Below, piece by piece: positions 39,926 to 50,214 of a stretch of 64,000 bases of DNA. The notes beneath the pieces were generated by a model, which was not told where the DNA came from, did no database searches, and saw nothing but the letters and a program-made list of their open reading frames with translations. Made by a program: the position numbers and the translations under genes. The stretch's first letter is position 1, and the number at the start of each line of letters is the position of its first letter. Origin of the DNA: Clostridia bacterium (lineage in GTDB: Bacteria; Bacillota; Clostridia; SK-Y3); NCBI GenBank assembly GCA_007117465.1, contig SKGK01000053.1, positions 20,740-84,739 on the forward strand. The letters run 5' to 3'.

Positions 39926-40126
39926 ATGCTTCCTGATGTGCTAGGATACACACTAGAAAAAGGGGAACAAATACTTAAAAATAATGGATATGTACATGTT
40001 AATAGGTACGACATAAAAGCGCCTTATTTCAAAGGCACACAGCAAAAGGAAAGACCAGATCAACGCATTGTAAAAGTAAAAAAGGTCAGCAATGACATGG
40101 TAGTGGTATGGGTATGTCGGAGCTAG
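39926..40126 (+). CDS. Hypothetical 66-aa protein translationally abutting frr
   Basis: ATG 39926 is 2 nt after the frr stop, with GGAGG 7 nt upstream inside the frr 3' end. A strong terminator follows the ORF. No family recognised. Confidence 0.35.
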   Translation: MLPDVLGYTLEKGEQILKNNGYVHVNRYDIKAPYFKGTQQKERPDQRIVKVKKVSNDMVVVWVCRS

Positions 40127-40139
40127 TTATAAAGCACCA

Positions 40140-40166
40140 ACCCCTCTAAAAGAGGGGTATTTATTT
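40140..40166 (+). terminator. Rho-independent terminator after the frr / small-ORF unit
   Basis: Stem ACCCCTCT pairs with AGAGGGGT (40140-40158) around an AAA loop, followed by the T-rich ATTTATTT. Confidence 0.75.
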
Positions 40167-40220
40167 AATTGGAGCACTAGGTGCATAAGCTGCTTAGTGA
40201 CACATACATAATGTAGGAGA

Positions 40221-40988
40221 ATGGAATTTATGGTAAAAAGCATAAAAAGAAAGTGGCAGGAGAGAATAAAGCGTAAGCAGGTTGATTATAGTGCATTACC
40301 TCATCATATAGGTATTATTATGGATGGTAACGGCAGATGGGCAAAAAAAAGAGGACTGCCGCGTAGTGCTGGACATCGTGCAGGTGCTCAAACATTGAAA
40401 AAAATTGTGTCTTTTTGTGATAAGATAGGCATAAAGATTATTACAGTATATGCTTTTTCTACCGAGAACTGGAAAAGGCCTAAAAATGAAGTAGCAGAAC
40501 TGATGAATCTATTAGAAGAATATTTAAAGCAGGCAGAATATGAACTAGGCAGCAAGAATGTTGTGATTCGTATTATTGGCAATTTAGAAGGTTTATCGTC
40601 TAAGATTTGTACACAAATTATTAAAACGCAGAAGATGACACAACATAATACAGGGCTCATTTTAAATATCGCATTAAACTATGGGGGACGAGATGAAATT
40701 ATTCATGCAGTCAGACAAATTGCTAGCAAAGTTAAAACCAATAAATTAAATGTGCAAGATATTGATGAAAAACAGATATCTAAACATATGTATACAGGAA
40801 ACATAAAAGATCCAGACATTATTATCAGACCTAGTGGTGAGCTGAGGCTAAGTAATTTTTTATTGTGGCAGTCTGCTTATACGGAACTTTGGTTTTCTAG
40901 CATTTACTGGCCTGATTTTTCGTCAGCAGATATGTTAGCGGCGATTTATGATTATCAAAAGAGAAATAGGAGATTTGGGGGAATATAA
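40221..40988 (+). CDS. uppS: Undecaprenyl diphosphate synthase (isoprenyl transferase)
   Basis: Cis-prenyltransferase motifs (HIGIIMDGNGRWAKKRGLPR, AFSTENWKRP, LWQSAYTELWF). ATG 40230 is an alternative start. Confidence 0.94.
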   Translation: MEFMVKSIKRKWQERIKRKQVDYSALPHHIGIIMDGNGRWAKKRGLPRSAGHRAGAQTLKKIVSFCDKIGIKIITVYAFSTENWKRPKNEVAELMNLLEEYLKQAEYELGSKNVVIRIIGNLEGLSSKICTQIIKTQKMTQHNTGLILNIALNYGGRDEIIHAVRQIASKVKTNKLNVQDIDEKQISKHMYTGNIKDPDIIIRPSGELRLSNFLLWQSAYTELWFSSIYWPDFSSADMLAAIYDYQKRNRRFGGI

Positions 40989-41795
40989 GTGCTTGTTAAA
41001 AGGATTGTTAGTGCAGCATTAGGAATTGTTTTGCTAATTACAGTAGTTGCATTAGATAAGTTTTTTATTAATATCGCCATTACAATTATATCCATCATCG
41101 CGTTATATGAACTATTTTCGGCGGTAGATAATGTTAATAAGATTCCTATTGCATGGGTAGCATATATAGCGACAGTTTTTATTGTGTTTGGAGAGTATAT
41201 TTATCAAGGATTCAAAATGCCACTACTATATATAGGGGTACTGATATTATTTGTTATAAAATTAATATCACATAATCGCATTGCATTATCGCATATTGCT
41301 ATTACGATATTTGCAGTGATATATATCAGTTTTTTTATGTCGCATATTTCTTTTGTGAAAAGCATGCCAAATGGTCAGCTGCTTATTTGGCTCATCTTCT
41401 TAGGTGCATGGAGCACCGATACGTTTGCCTTTTTTTCGGGGGTTTTTATAGGAAAACATAAGCTTATGCCAAGCATTAGTCCTAAAAAAACGATTGAGGG
41501 TGCGATAGGTGGTATTTTAGGATGTGGAGGAACTTTCTTATTATATGGTTATATTATCCATATATTCAGAGGTTATCAAGTTAGCTATGGATATTTATTG
41601 TTATTAGGACTGATATGTGCAGTCGTATCTGAATTAGGTGATTTGGCTGCTTCTTCTATTAAAAGACAATATCACATCAAGGATTTCGGTAATATAATGC
41701 CAGGACATGGTGGGGTCTTAGACCGTTTTGATAGTATTATATTTGTTGCACCAGTCGTATATTACTTTATAAAAAACATACAAATATTTTTCTAG
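40989..41795 (+). CDS. cdsA: Phosphatidate cytidylyltransferase
   Basis: Polytopic membrane protein with the CdsA signature (SELGDLAASSIKRQYHIKDFGNIMPGHGGVLDRFDS). Confidence 0.92.
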   Translation: MLVKRIVSAALGIVLLITVVALDKFFINIAITIISIIALYELFSAVDNVNKIPIAWVAYIATVFIVFGEYIYQGFKMPLLYIGVLILFVIKLISHNRIALSHIAITIFAVIYISFFMSHISFVKSMPNGQLLIWLIFLGAWSTDTFAFFSGVFIGKHKLMPSISPKKTIEGAIGGILGCGGTFLLYGYIIHIFRGYQVSYGYLLLLGLICAVVSELGDLAASSIKRQYHIKDFGNIMPGHGGVLDRFDSIIFVAPVVYYFIKNIQIFF

Positions 41796-41812
41796 AAAGG
41801 AAATATAAATAA

Positions 41813-42985
41813 ATGGTAAGGAATATTTCCATCCTTGGGTCAACGGGGTCAATTGGAACACAAGCATTAGAAGTAATAGATGATTTAAAATACATAAAAG
41901 TGTGGGCAGTGTCTACTAACACTAATATTGATTTATTAGAGCGGCAAATACGCAAATATAAGCCTGTCATTGCTGCGGTGATGGATGAAAGTGCTGCGAG
42001 CGTTCTTAGACAGCGTGTGAAGGATTTAGCCGTCAAAGTATTAGCTGGGTTAGACGGACTTATACAAGTTGCAACAATGCCTGAGGCAGAGATGGTAGTT
42101 GCCTCTGTGGTAGGTATTGTAGGACTTATACCGACGGTAGAAGCCATTAAAGCAGGCAAGCATATTGCGCTTGCAAACAAAGAAACATTGGTAACGGCAG
42201 GGAATATTGTGATGAAAGAAGCTAGGCAAAAAGGGGTTTTAATACTACCTGTTGATAGTGAGCATTCAGCAATTTTTCAGTGTTTGCAGCAAAAGGAAAG
42301 TATGTGTGTATCAATGTCTGATGTTAATAAGCTGATTCTTACCGCTTCAGGCGGGCCGTTTTTAGGCAAGAAAAGGCCAGCACTTCAGCGTATTACACCA
42401 CAAGAGGCGCTTAAACATCCGAAATGGGATATGGGTAGCAAGATTAGTATCGATTCAGCGACACTAATGAATAAGGGATTAGAGGTGATTGAAGCGAAAT
42501 GGCTCTTTGATATGGACATCGAGAAGATACAGGTTGTTATTCATCCGCAGAGTATTATTCATTCGATGGTAGAATATGTTGACTATTCTATTATTGCGCA
42601 GATGGGGCTGCCGGATATGAAATTACCCATACAATATGCACTTACGTATCCTAAGAGGCTTACGTGTGCGGTTAAGCCCCTTGATTTTACAGAGCATACA
42701 CAGATTACCTTTAAAGAACCTGATATCGATACATTTGGTTGTTTAGCGCTGGCGTATAAGGCAGCAAAACTAGGAGGTACAATACCTACCGTATTAAATG
42801 TAGCCAATGAAGTAGCGGTGGATTGGTTTTTAAAAGGAAAAATAAAATTTCTGGATATTGAAGCGTACATTGAATATGCAATGGAGAGACATAATAATAT
42901 AAAAGATCCGATGCTAAAAGATATTTTAGAGGTGGATAGTTGGGCGAGAGCATGTTTAGAAGAAAGGATTGGTGATAATATATGA
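41813..42985 (+). CDS. dxr: 1-deoxy-D-xylulose 5-phosphate reductoisomerase
   Basis: N-terminal NADPH-binding ILGSTGSIGTQAL and conserved LANKETLV, PVDSEHSAIFQC and NKGLEVIEA motifs. Confidence 0.96.
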   Translation: MVRNISILGSTGSIGTQALEVIDDLKYIKVWAVSTNTNIDLLERQIRKYKPVIAAVMDESAASVLRQRVKDLAVKVLAGLDGLIQVATMPEAEMVVASVVGIVGLIPTVEAIKAGKHIALANKETLVTAGNIVMKEARQKGVLILPVDSEHSAIFQCLQQKESMCVSMSDVNKLILTASGGPFLGKKRPALQRITPQEALKHPKWDMGSKISIDSATLMNKGLEVIEAKWLFDMDIEKIQVVIHPQSIIHSMVEYVDYSIIAQMGLPDMKLPIQYALTYPKRLTCAVKPLDFTEHTQITFKEPDIDTFGCLALAYKAAKLGGTIPTVLNVANEVAVDWFLKGKIKFLDIEAYIEYAMERHNNIKDPMLKDILEVDSWARACLEERIGDNI

Positions 42986-43992
42986 CAACAGCAGTATCTG
43001 CAATTATTATACTAGGACTGCTCATTTTGTTTCATGAGTTAGGTCATTTCTCAGTGGCAAAGCTAGTGGGAATGAAGGTACATGAATTTGCGGTAGGTAT
43101 GGGACCTAAGATTATTAAATTTACAAAAGGGGAGACGCTCTACACACTAAGAGCACTTCCTATTGGTGGATATGTTAAACTGGAAGGTGAAGATCAAAAG
43201 TCAGAGGATAAGAGAGCTTTTGGAAATAAACCGCTTATTGCACGTATTGCTGTGTTATTTGCGGGTGCAGCCATGAACTTTATACTGGGATTTTTAATTT
43301 TTTTAATATTGATGTCAGGCACACCACAGATTATAACGCCAGTGATAGAAGAGGTTATGCCAGATATGCCCGCAGCCGAGGCAGGTCTAATGCCTGGTGA
43401 CCGCATTGAAAAGTTAGATAGTACAAGGGTAAATATACACAAAGATATCATATTTTTTCTGGATATGAATGGAGCGCAGCCGATTGACGTAACGATTGTA
43501 CGTGAAGGAGGACGAAAAGTTTTACAGATTGTACCAGCGATACATCCAGAATATGGACGGTATATGTTCGGGTATTCACCTAAATTGGCAGAGACTACAA
43601 TCATAAATGCTATAAAGTATGCATATTATGATACGGTGTTTTATACCAAATTTATTTTTGTACACTTAGGAACGCTATTTCGCGGACAGGGAACGTTTGA
43701 GGATGTATCAGGTCCAGTAGGCATTGTAGGTGCTATTGGGGGAGCTGCAAGAGCAGGGATAGAGCCGCTGATGATTTTAGCAGCGATTATTAGTATTAAT
43801 TTAGGGATTTTTAATCTTTTGCCGATACCAGCATTAGATGGAAGTAGGATTATGTTTTTGTTACTAGAAGGAATTCGCAGAAAGCCGATCGACCCTGAGA
43901 AGGAGGGGCTTGTGCATATGATTGGGCTAGCAATGCTATTACTACTGATGGTATTTGCTACATTTAATGATATTACTCGCTTGATTAGATAG
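42982..43992 (+). CDS. rseP: Site-2 (M50) zinc metalloprotease RseP/RasP
   Basis: HELGH zinc motif near the N-terminus, one PDZ-like middle region, and C-terminal NLLPIPALDG. Confidence 0.92.
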   Translation: MTTAVSAIIILGLLILFHELGHFSVAKLVGMKVHEFAVGMGPKIIKFTKGETLYTLRALPIGGYVKLEGEDQKSEDKRAFGNKPLIARIAVLFAGAAMNFILGFLIFLILMSGTPQIITPVIEEVMPDMPAAEAGLMPGDRIEKLDSTRVNIHKDIIFFLDMNGAQPIDVTIVREGGRKVLQIVPAIHPEYGRYMFGYSPKLAETTIINAIKYAYYDTVFYTKFIFVHLGTLFRGQGTFEDVSGPVGIVGAIGGAARAGIEPLMILAAIISINLGIFNLLPIPALDGSRIMFLLLEGIRRKPIDPEKEGLVHMIGLAMLLLLMVFATFNDITRLIR

Positions 43993-44039
43993 GACAGATG
44001 GTCAGTTGAAAAATTGGAAAGTGGAAAGGAACAGAAGAT

Positions 44040-45104
44040 ATGGCGTCTTGGATGATACGGCGTAAGGCTACAAAAAAAATAATGGTAGGGAGTGTAGGTG
44101 TTGGTGGAGACGCACCGATTACGGTTCAATCGATGACCAACACCGACACACGGGATGCACATGCGACAATAGATCAAATACAACGTCTTACTAAGGTGGG
44201 ATGTGAAATTGTTCGTGTAGCAGTAATGGATATGGCAGCTGCAAAAGCTTTAGATACCATCAAGCAGCATATTACCATACCGTTGGTAGCGGATATTCAT
44301 TTTGATTATCGCCTTGCACTTATCTCTATTGAAAATGGTGCAGATAAAATTAGAATTAATCCAGGAAATATCGGAAGCGCTGAACGTGTCAAGGAAGTTG
44401 CAAAAAAAGCGCAGCAAAACGGTATTCCCATACGTATTGGTGTTAATGCAGGGTCCATTGAAAAAGAAATCTTAAAAAAATACGGACACCCCACGCCAGC
44501 AGCGTTAGTAGAAAGTACAGCTAGACAAGTGGCGCTATTAGAAAAATATGATTTTACAGATATTGCACTTTCATTAAAGGCTTCTAATGTACCATTGACA
44601 GTAGCGGCGTATCAATTAGCGGCTGGAAAATTTTCTTATCCACTTCATTTAGGCATTACAGAAGCTGGAACGGTTTGGTCGGGTACCATCAAATCATCAG
44701 TAGGACTAGGTACGCTTTTGATGCAGGGAATAGGAGATACAATTCGTGTATCTTTAACAGGGCAGCCAGAAGAGGAAGTCAAAGTAGCCAACCAAATACT
44801 AAAGTCATTATCACTTAAGAAACAAGGAGTAGAACTTATCTCATGTCCGACATGTGGACGATGTCAGATTGATTTGATTAAGCTGGCGAACATCATTGAA
44901 GAAAGAGTACAAAATATAGACAAAAACATTAAAATTGCAGTAATGGGATGTGCCGTTAATGGTCCTGGAGAGGCAAAAGAAGCAGATATTGGCATTGCAG
45001 GTGGTAAAGGAGAAGGATTGATTTTTAAAAAAGGGGAAATAATAAAGAAAGTAAAAGAAAACGAAATTATTAATAGCTTGTTGGCAGAAATTGAGAATCT
45101 ATAA
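44040..45104 (+). CDS. ispG: 4-hydroxy-3-methylbut-2-enyl diphosphate synthase (GcpE)
   Basis: Full-length IspG similarity (VQSMTNTDT, RINPGNIG) and a C-terminal Fe-S cysteine cluster (CPTCGRC...GCAVNGPGE). Confidence 0.96.
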   Translation: MASWMIRRKATKKIMVGSVGVGGDAPITVQSMTNTDTRDAHATIDQIQRLTKVGCEIVRVAVMDMAAAKALDTIKQHITIPLVADIHFDYRLALISIENGADKIRINPGNIGSAERVKEVAKKAQQNGIPIRIGVNAGSIEKEILKKYGHPTPAALVESTARQVALLEKYDFTDIALSLKASNVPLTVAAYQLAAGKFSYPLHLGITEAGTVWSGTIKSSVGLGTLLMQGIGDTIRVSLTGQPEEEVKVANQILKSLSLKKQGVELISCPTCGRCQIDLIKLANIIEERVQNIDKNIKIAVMGCAVNGPGEAKEADIGIAGGKGEGLIFKKGEIIKKVKENEIINSLLAEIENL

Positions 45105-45130
45105 CGTATTAGCGGAAAGAAGGTTAACAA

Positions 45131-45769
45131 ATGTTAGTAAGTGCGATTATTCCTGCCTATAATGAAGCGCAGACCATCGGAAAAGTTTTAGAAGTACTAA
45201 AAGATACATCGGAAGTGAATGAAATTATTGTCGTTAGTGATGGTTCTGAGGATGAAACTGCGCAAATTGCACGTGAGTATAATGTAAAAGTAGTTGAACT
45301 CAAAGATAATATAGGAAAAGGCGGCGCAATGAAGGTTGGGGTGGAAAAAGCGATTGGGGATGTTATACTTTTTTTAGATGCTGACCTTATGGGGCTAATG
45401 CAGCAGCATATCAAATATTTGTTATACCCAGTATTGCAAGGGAGTGCTAAAATGACAATTGGAGTATTTGAAGGAGGTCGTCTTAGCACGGATTTGGCAC
45501 AAAAAATTTCTCCTTTTTTATCGGGTCAAAGAGCACTGCGAAAGGAAATTTTACTAAATTTAAATAACATGGAAATCACCAAGTTTGGGATAGAAGTAGC
45601 ACTGACCAACTATGTAAAGAATCATGAAATCTCATATAAAAAGGTAGTATTGAGTGAAATTACTCATCGCATGAAGGAAGAGAAGTTAGGCTTTAAAAAA
45701 GGCGTGCAAGCGCGCATGAAGATGTATTGGGAGATTGTACGAAGTTTTGCGATGGCGAAATATAATTAA
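45131..45769 (+). CDS. Family 2 (GT-A fold) glycosyltransferase, soluble, substrate unknown
   Basis: GT2 motifs are present: IIPAYNE, VVSDGSEDET and the DxD-type FLDADL. 212 aa with no TM segment. Confidence 0.8.
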   Translation: MLVSAIIPAYNEAQTIGKVLEVLKDTSEVNEIIVVSDGSEDETAQIAREYNVKVVELKDNIGKGGAMKVGVEKAIGDVILFLDADLMGLMQQHIKYLLYPVLQGSAKMTIGVFEGGRLSTDLAQKISPFLSGQRALRKEILLNLNNMEITKFGIEVALTNYVKNHEISYKKVVLSEITHRMKEEKLGFKKGVQARMKMYWEIVRSFAMAKYN

Positions 45770-45816
45770 GAGCTTGACGGTTAGCAATTTGGTCAGTTGG
45801 AAATAAAAAAAGGGGG

Positions 45817-48800
45817 GTGTTGAAGGTGTCTAAAAGTGCAGATAAACCATATCATGTTATGCAAATTTTTGGTGATGCAGACATAGGGGAAAAACATGCA
45901 CAGAAACTTGAACATGCCAAAATAAAAGCTATTAAAATATATAGAAAAAGCAAAAAAATAGAAATATCACTACAATTACAAGAGATAATACAAAAAAAAG
46001 AAATTGCTGACGTTGCTAAGGTTATTAAAAAGGCATATATGTTAGCGGATTTACAGATAAATATTTGTTATCCTGATATGCAAGACAAGCCTAATTATCT
46101 TGAAAAATACTATAGCAGTATACAATATTTTTTAAAACGAAAACTATCTATATGTCGCAGTTTGTTGGCAGATAGTACGTGTAGGCAAGAGGGGGATATG
46201 TTAACCATTGAGCTTCAATATGGAGGAGCAGATTTGCTTAAAAATCATGGCTGTCATCGTATGATTGAGCGCTTGATAAGAGAAGAATTTGGACAAACCA
46301 TTACGGCGTGTTTTGTCGATAAGCATGTATTAGAGGGTAACGAAAAACCGTATGATATTTTGAAAAAACAAGAAGAGAATATGATTAAGACACTACTACA
46401 AACCCAGCAAGTACAATATGGCGGACAAAAAGAAGCAAGTAAAGCTACATATGCAGCTCAACACCCAAATACATATACTGCTACCCCTGCAAATGCAATT
46501 ATAGGAAAACCCATAAAAGGAGAAAATGCACAAATTTCTGATATTAATGAAGCGTCGGGGCGAGTGATAATTGAAGGCGATATTTTTGCTGTTGATATAA
46601 GAGAGATTAAAGGAGAACGGTATATTGTATCGATAGATATTACAGATTATAAAAGTAGTATTACAGCTAAATTTTTTAGGGATAAAGCTAAATTTGGTGA
46701 TATCAAAGAGTACATAAAAGCAGGAAATCGTGTCAAAGTGCGTGGAGAAGCACAGTATGATAAATATGCAAAAGAACTGGTGATTTTTGCGTATGATATT
46801 ATGCAAGCGCAAAAGACGGAAAAAACAGATTTAGCACCCACCAAAAGAGTAGAATTACATGCGCATACACATATGAGCGCAATGGATGGTATGTGTTCGG
46901 TAAAAGATCTTGTTGTGCGTGCAGCTAAATGGGGACATCAGGCAATTGCCATTACCGACCATGGTGTGGTACAAGCATACCCTGATGCCCATGATGCGGG
47001 TAAAAAAAACAATATCAAAATAATATACGGTGTAGAATGTTACCTTGTAAATGATAGTGAACCAATTGTGTATAATGCTATCGCGCAATCGTTTGACGGT
47101 GAATTTGTGGTATTTGATATTGAAACAACAGGATTAAATGCACAAAAAGATGCCATTACAGAGATTGGTGCAGTTAAAATAAAACAGGGTGTAATCGTAG
47201 ATACCTATCATACATTTGTGAAACCTAAAATGCCGATACCAGAAAAAATTGTCACTTTAACGGGTATTACAGATGAAATGGTAAAAGAGGCGCCAGCCAT
47301 TGAGGCTATATTGCCAACATTTTTAGACTTTTGCAAGCAAAGTGTTATAGTAGCACACAATGCTTCGTTTGATACAGGATTTATAAAAGCAAATGCCCAG
47401 CAGCTAAACTTACCCTATGCGTTTTGTGTATTAGATACATTAGCGCTATGTAGGGGATTGTTTCCTGCACTTAAAAAACACAAATTAAATCATATTGCAA
47501 AGCATTTACATATATCGCTTGAAAACCATCACCGTGCAATAGATGATGCGAAGGCAACGGCTGAGATATTTATAAAATGTTTAGAGATGCTGAGAGAAAA
47601 GGGTATAGACGATATCACAGAGATTGATAGCGCCCTTTCAGGCAATCAAGATATCAAGAAGATGCCGTATTATCATGCAATTATTTTGGTTAAGAATGCG
47701 GTAGGGCTTAAAAACCTATATAAATTGATTTCTAAGTCACACTTAGAATATTTTTATAAAAAGCCCCGTATTCCTAAGAGTTTATATATGCAGTACAAAG
47801 AAGGACTGATGATTGGTTCTGCTTGCGAAGCAGGAGAGTTGTATCGCGCAATTTTAGAAGGAAAACCACAAGAAGAGATAAAAAAACTGGTGCGTTTTTA
47901 CGACTATCTAGAGATACAACCATTAGGCAATAATCAATTTTTAATTAAAAAAGAGATTGTAAAAGATACAAATCAGCTTAGAGAGATAAATCAGCAGATT
48001 GTCAGTTTAGGAGAAGAATATAAAAAACCTGTTGTAGCAACATGTGACACGCATTTTTTAGAACCGCATGATGCGATTTTTAGAGGCATTTTGATGGCAG
48101 GTCAAGGATACAAGGATGCGGATAATCAGGCGCCACTTTACTTTAGAAATACCGCGGAGATGCTATCTGAGTTTGCGTATTTAGGTAAGGAAAAAGCAGT
48201 TGAAGTTGTTATAGACAATACCAATTGTATTGCAGATATGATAGAACCAATTGTTCCGATTCCAGAAGATACATTTACACCAGAAATAGAAGGGGCAGAA
48301 AGAGAGATTGAGGAGCTTTCTAGAGAAAAAGCAATAAAAATATATGGCGAGCCACTTCCGCCTATTGTAGAAGAGAGAATGAATACAGAGCTTGAATCCA
48401 TAATTAAAAATGGTTTTTCAGTCATGTATATCATTGCACAAAAATTAGTATCCAAGTCATTACAGGATGGCTATTTAGTAGGGTCAAGGGGTTCTGTAGG
48501 TTCTTCTTTTGTAGCTTTTTTAACAGATATCACCGAGGTAAATGCGCTTCCACCACATTATGTGTGTCCCCACTGTAAGTATAGTTGCTTTGTAACAGAT
48601 GGTTCGGTGGGTTGTGGTTTTGATATGCCAGATAAGCATTGCCCAAAGTGCGAGCATTTACTCAGTAAAGATGGGCATGATATTCCTTTTGCGACTTTTT
48701 TGGGGTTTGATGGGGATAAAGAGCCGGATATTGATCTTAATTTTTCGGGAGAGTATCAACCGATAGCGCACAAATATACCGAGGAGTTATTTGGGGAGGG

Positions 48801-50145
48801 ACATGTATTTCGGGCAGGAACCATCGGGACAATTGCTGAAAAGACAGCGTATGGGTTTGTAAAGAAATATTTAGAAGAGAAAAACAAGGTAATGCATAAT
48901 GCTGAGATTAACCGCATGGTAAAGGGGTGTAGCGGGGTAAAAAGGACAACAGGGCAGCACCCAGGGGGTATTATGATTGTGCCAAGAAAAAATGAAATCC
49001 ATGAATTTTGCCCTATCCAAAAACCTGCAGACGATACGAGTTCCAGTATTATTACCACCCATTTTGACTATCATTCCATTAGTGGAAGGCTTTTAAAACT
49101 AGATATTCTAGGACATGATGATCCTACAGTTATCAAGATGTTAGAAGATTTAACGGGCATAGATGCGACAAAAATTCCTCTTGATGATGCCGATACAATG
49201 AAGATATTTACAGGAACTGATGCACTAGGTATCAAGCCTGAAGATATCGGATCTGAGGTAGGGAGCTTTGCCATACCTGAGTTTGGGACAAAGTTTGTAA
49301 GACAAATGCTAATAGATACTAAGCCTAAAACATTTGCAGAGTTAGTACGCATCAGTGGATTGTCCCACGGGACAGATGTGTGGCTTAACAATGCGCAAGA
49401 ACTTGTAAGAAATAAAGTGGCTACGCTACCAGAGGTTATTTGTACACGTGATGATATCATGGTTTATTTAATGCATAAAGGGGTAGAATCTAAACATGCT
49501 TTTAAAATCATGGAAAATGTCAGAAAAGGAAAAGGGTTAGGAGAAGAAGATGCGCAGGCAATGCGTGATAAAAATGTGCCTGAGTGGTATATTGATTCTT
49601 GTAAAAAGATTAAATATATGTTTCCAAAAGCACATGCAGTTGCCTATGTGACCATGGCTTTTCGCATTGCTTATTTTAAAGTTCATTATCCGCAAGCATT
49701 TTATATTGCCTATTTTACCGTAAGGGCAGATGATTTTGACGCCATGCTTATGACAAATGGTGTAGAGCGTGTAAAAAATAAAATACGGGAGTTAGAATCA
49801 AAAGGGAACGAAATTAGTACAAAAGAAAAAAATACGCTTACCATTTTAGAAGTATGCAATGAAATGTACAGTCGTGGAATTGCGTTTTTTCCAATTGATT
49901 TGTATGAATCTGATGCAGTAAACTTTCTGCCAGGGGAAAAAGGCATTTTACCACCACTCAATGCAGCTCAAGGAGTAGGTACAGCAGCTGCTAAAAATAT
50001 TGTTGAAGCGCGAAAGCATGGTACATTTATGTCTATTGATGATTTGCGTATTCGTGCAAAAGCAAGTAAAACAGTTATTGAAGTTTTATGGGAGCAAGGA
50101 TGTTTAGAGGGGTTACCTGAAAGCAATCAACTGAGTTTATTTTAA
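45817..50145 (+). CDS. polC: DNA polymerase III alpha subunit, PolC type
   Basis: 1442 aa with a PHP domain (HAHTHMSAMDG), an inserted DEDDh 3'-5' exonuclease (VVFDIETTGL...HRAIDDA) and the polymerase core. The start is ambiguous among GTG 45817, TTG 45820 and GTG 45826. Confidence 0.97.
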   Translation: MLKVSKSADKPYHVMQIFGDADIGEKHAQKLEHAKIKAIKIYRKSKKIEISLQLQEIIQKKEIADVAKVIKKAYMLADLQINICYPDMQDKPNYLEKYYSSIQYFLKRKLSICRSLLADSTCRQEGDMLTIELQYGGADLLKNHGCHRMIERLIREEFGQTITACFVDKHVLEGNEKPYDILKKQEENMIKTLLQTQQVQYGGQKEASKATYAAQHPNTYTATPANAIIGKPIKGENAQISDINEASGRVIIEGDIFAVDIREIKGERYIVSIDITDYKSSITAKFFRDKAKFGDIKEYIKAGNRVKVRGEAQYDKYAKELVIFAYDIMQAQKTEKTDLAPTKRVELHAHTHMSAMDGMCSVKDLVVRAAKWGHQAIAITDHGVVQAYPDAHDAGKKNNIKIIYGVECYLVNDSEPIVYNAIAQSFDGEFVVFDIETTGLNAQKDAITEIGAVKIKQGVIVDTYHTFVKPKMPIPEKIVTLTGITDEMVKEAPAIEAILPTFLDFCKQSVIVAHNASFDTGFIKANAQQLNLPYAFCVLDTLALCRGLFPALKKHKLNHIAKHLHISLENHHRAIDDAKATAEIFIKCLEMLREKGIDDITEIDSALSGNQDIKKMPYYHAIILVKNAVGLKNLYKLISKSHLEYFYKKPRIPKSLYMQYKEGLMIGSACEAGELYRAILEGKPQEEIKKLVRFYDYLEIQPLGNNQFLIKKEIVKDTNQLREINQQIVSLGEEYKKPVVATCDTHFLEPHDAIFRGILMAGQGYKDADNQAPLYFRNTAEMLSEFAYLGKEKAVEVVIDNTNCIADMIEPIVPIPEDTFTPEIEGAEREIEELSREKAIKIYGEPLPPIVEERMNTELESIIKNGFSVMYIIAQKLVSKSLQDGYLVGSRGSVGSSFVAFLTDITEVNALPPHYVCPHCKYSCFVTDGSVGCGFDMPDKHCPKCEHLLSKDGHDIPFATFLGFDGDKEPDIDLNFSGEYQPIAHKYTEELFGEGHVFRAGTIGTIAEKTAYGFVKKYLEEKNKVMHNAEINRMVKGCSGVKRTTGQHPGGIMIVPRKNEIHEFCPIQKPADDTSSSIITTHFDYHSISGRLLKLDILGHDDPTVIKMLEDLTGIDATKIPLDDADTMKIFTGTDALGIKPEDIGSEVGSFAIPEFGTKFVRQMLIDTKPKTFAELVRISGLSHGTDVWLNNAQELVRNKVATLPEVICTRDDIMVYLMHKGVESKHAFKIMENVRKGKGLGEEDAQAMRDKNVPEWYIDSCKKIKYMFPKAHAVAYVTMAFRIAYFKVHYPQAFYIAYFTVRADDFDAMLMTNGVERVKNKIRELESKGNEISTKEKNTLTILEVCNEMYSRGIAFFPIDLYESDAVNFLPGEKGILPPLNAAQGVGTAAAKNIVEARKHGTFMSIDDLRIRAKASKTVIEVLWEQGCLEGLPESNQLSLF

Positions 50146-50170
50146 TTTTTTGATTTTTTTAGTTTTTTAG

Positions 50171-50199
50171 TTGATAAATAAACCATAAAATGATATAAT
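50171..50199 (+). promoter_or_regulatory. Candidate sigma-A promoter P1 upstream of rimP-nusA (TTGATA-N17-TATAAT with TGn)
   Basis: -35 TTGATA at 50171-50176, a 17-nt spacer, TG at 50191-50192 and TATAAT at 50194-50199. It overlaps the polC-distal hairpin. Confidence 0.55.
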
Positions 50200-50214
50200 C
50201 TTTATGGTTTATTT
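50176..50214 (+). terminator. Perfect 14-bp A/T-rich hairpin after polC (candidate terminator)
   Basis: AAATAAACCATAAA (50176-50189) pairs with TTTATGGTTTATTT (50201-50214) around an 11-nt loop. The distal T-tract is weak. Confidence 0.5.

Noticed and set aside
43641-44183. The longest minus-strand ORF (180 aa). Similar antisense ORFs lie at 53215-53754, 32329-32820, 8310-8786, 35000-35449, 41767-42180 and 43194-43604, and the other '-' entries in the ORF track are of the same kind.
   Set aside because: Every one lies entirely antisense to a confidently identified + strand gene. They have Cys/Ser/Ile/Phe-rich shadow-frame composition and no RBS or family resemblance. They are the expected antisense open frames of AT-rich coding DNA.
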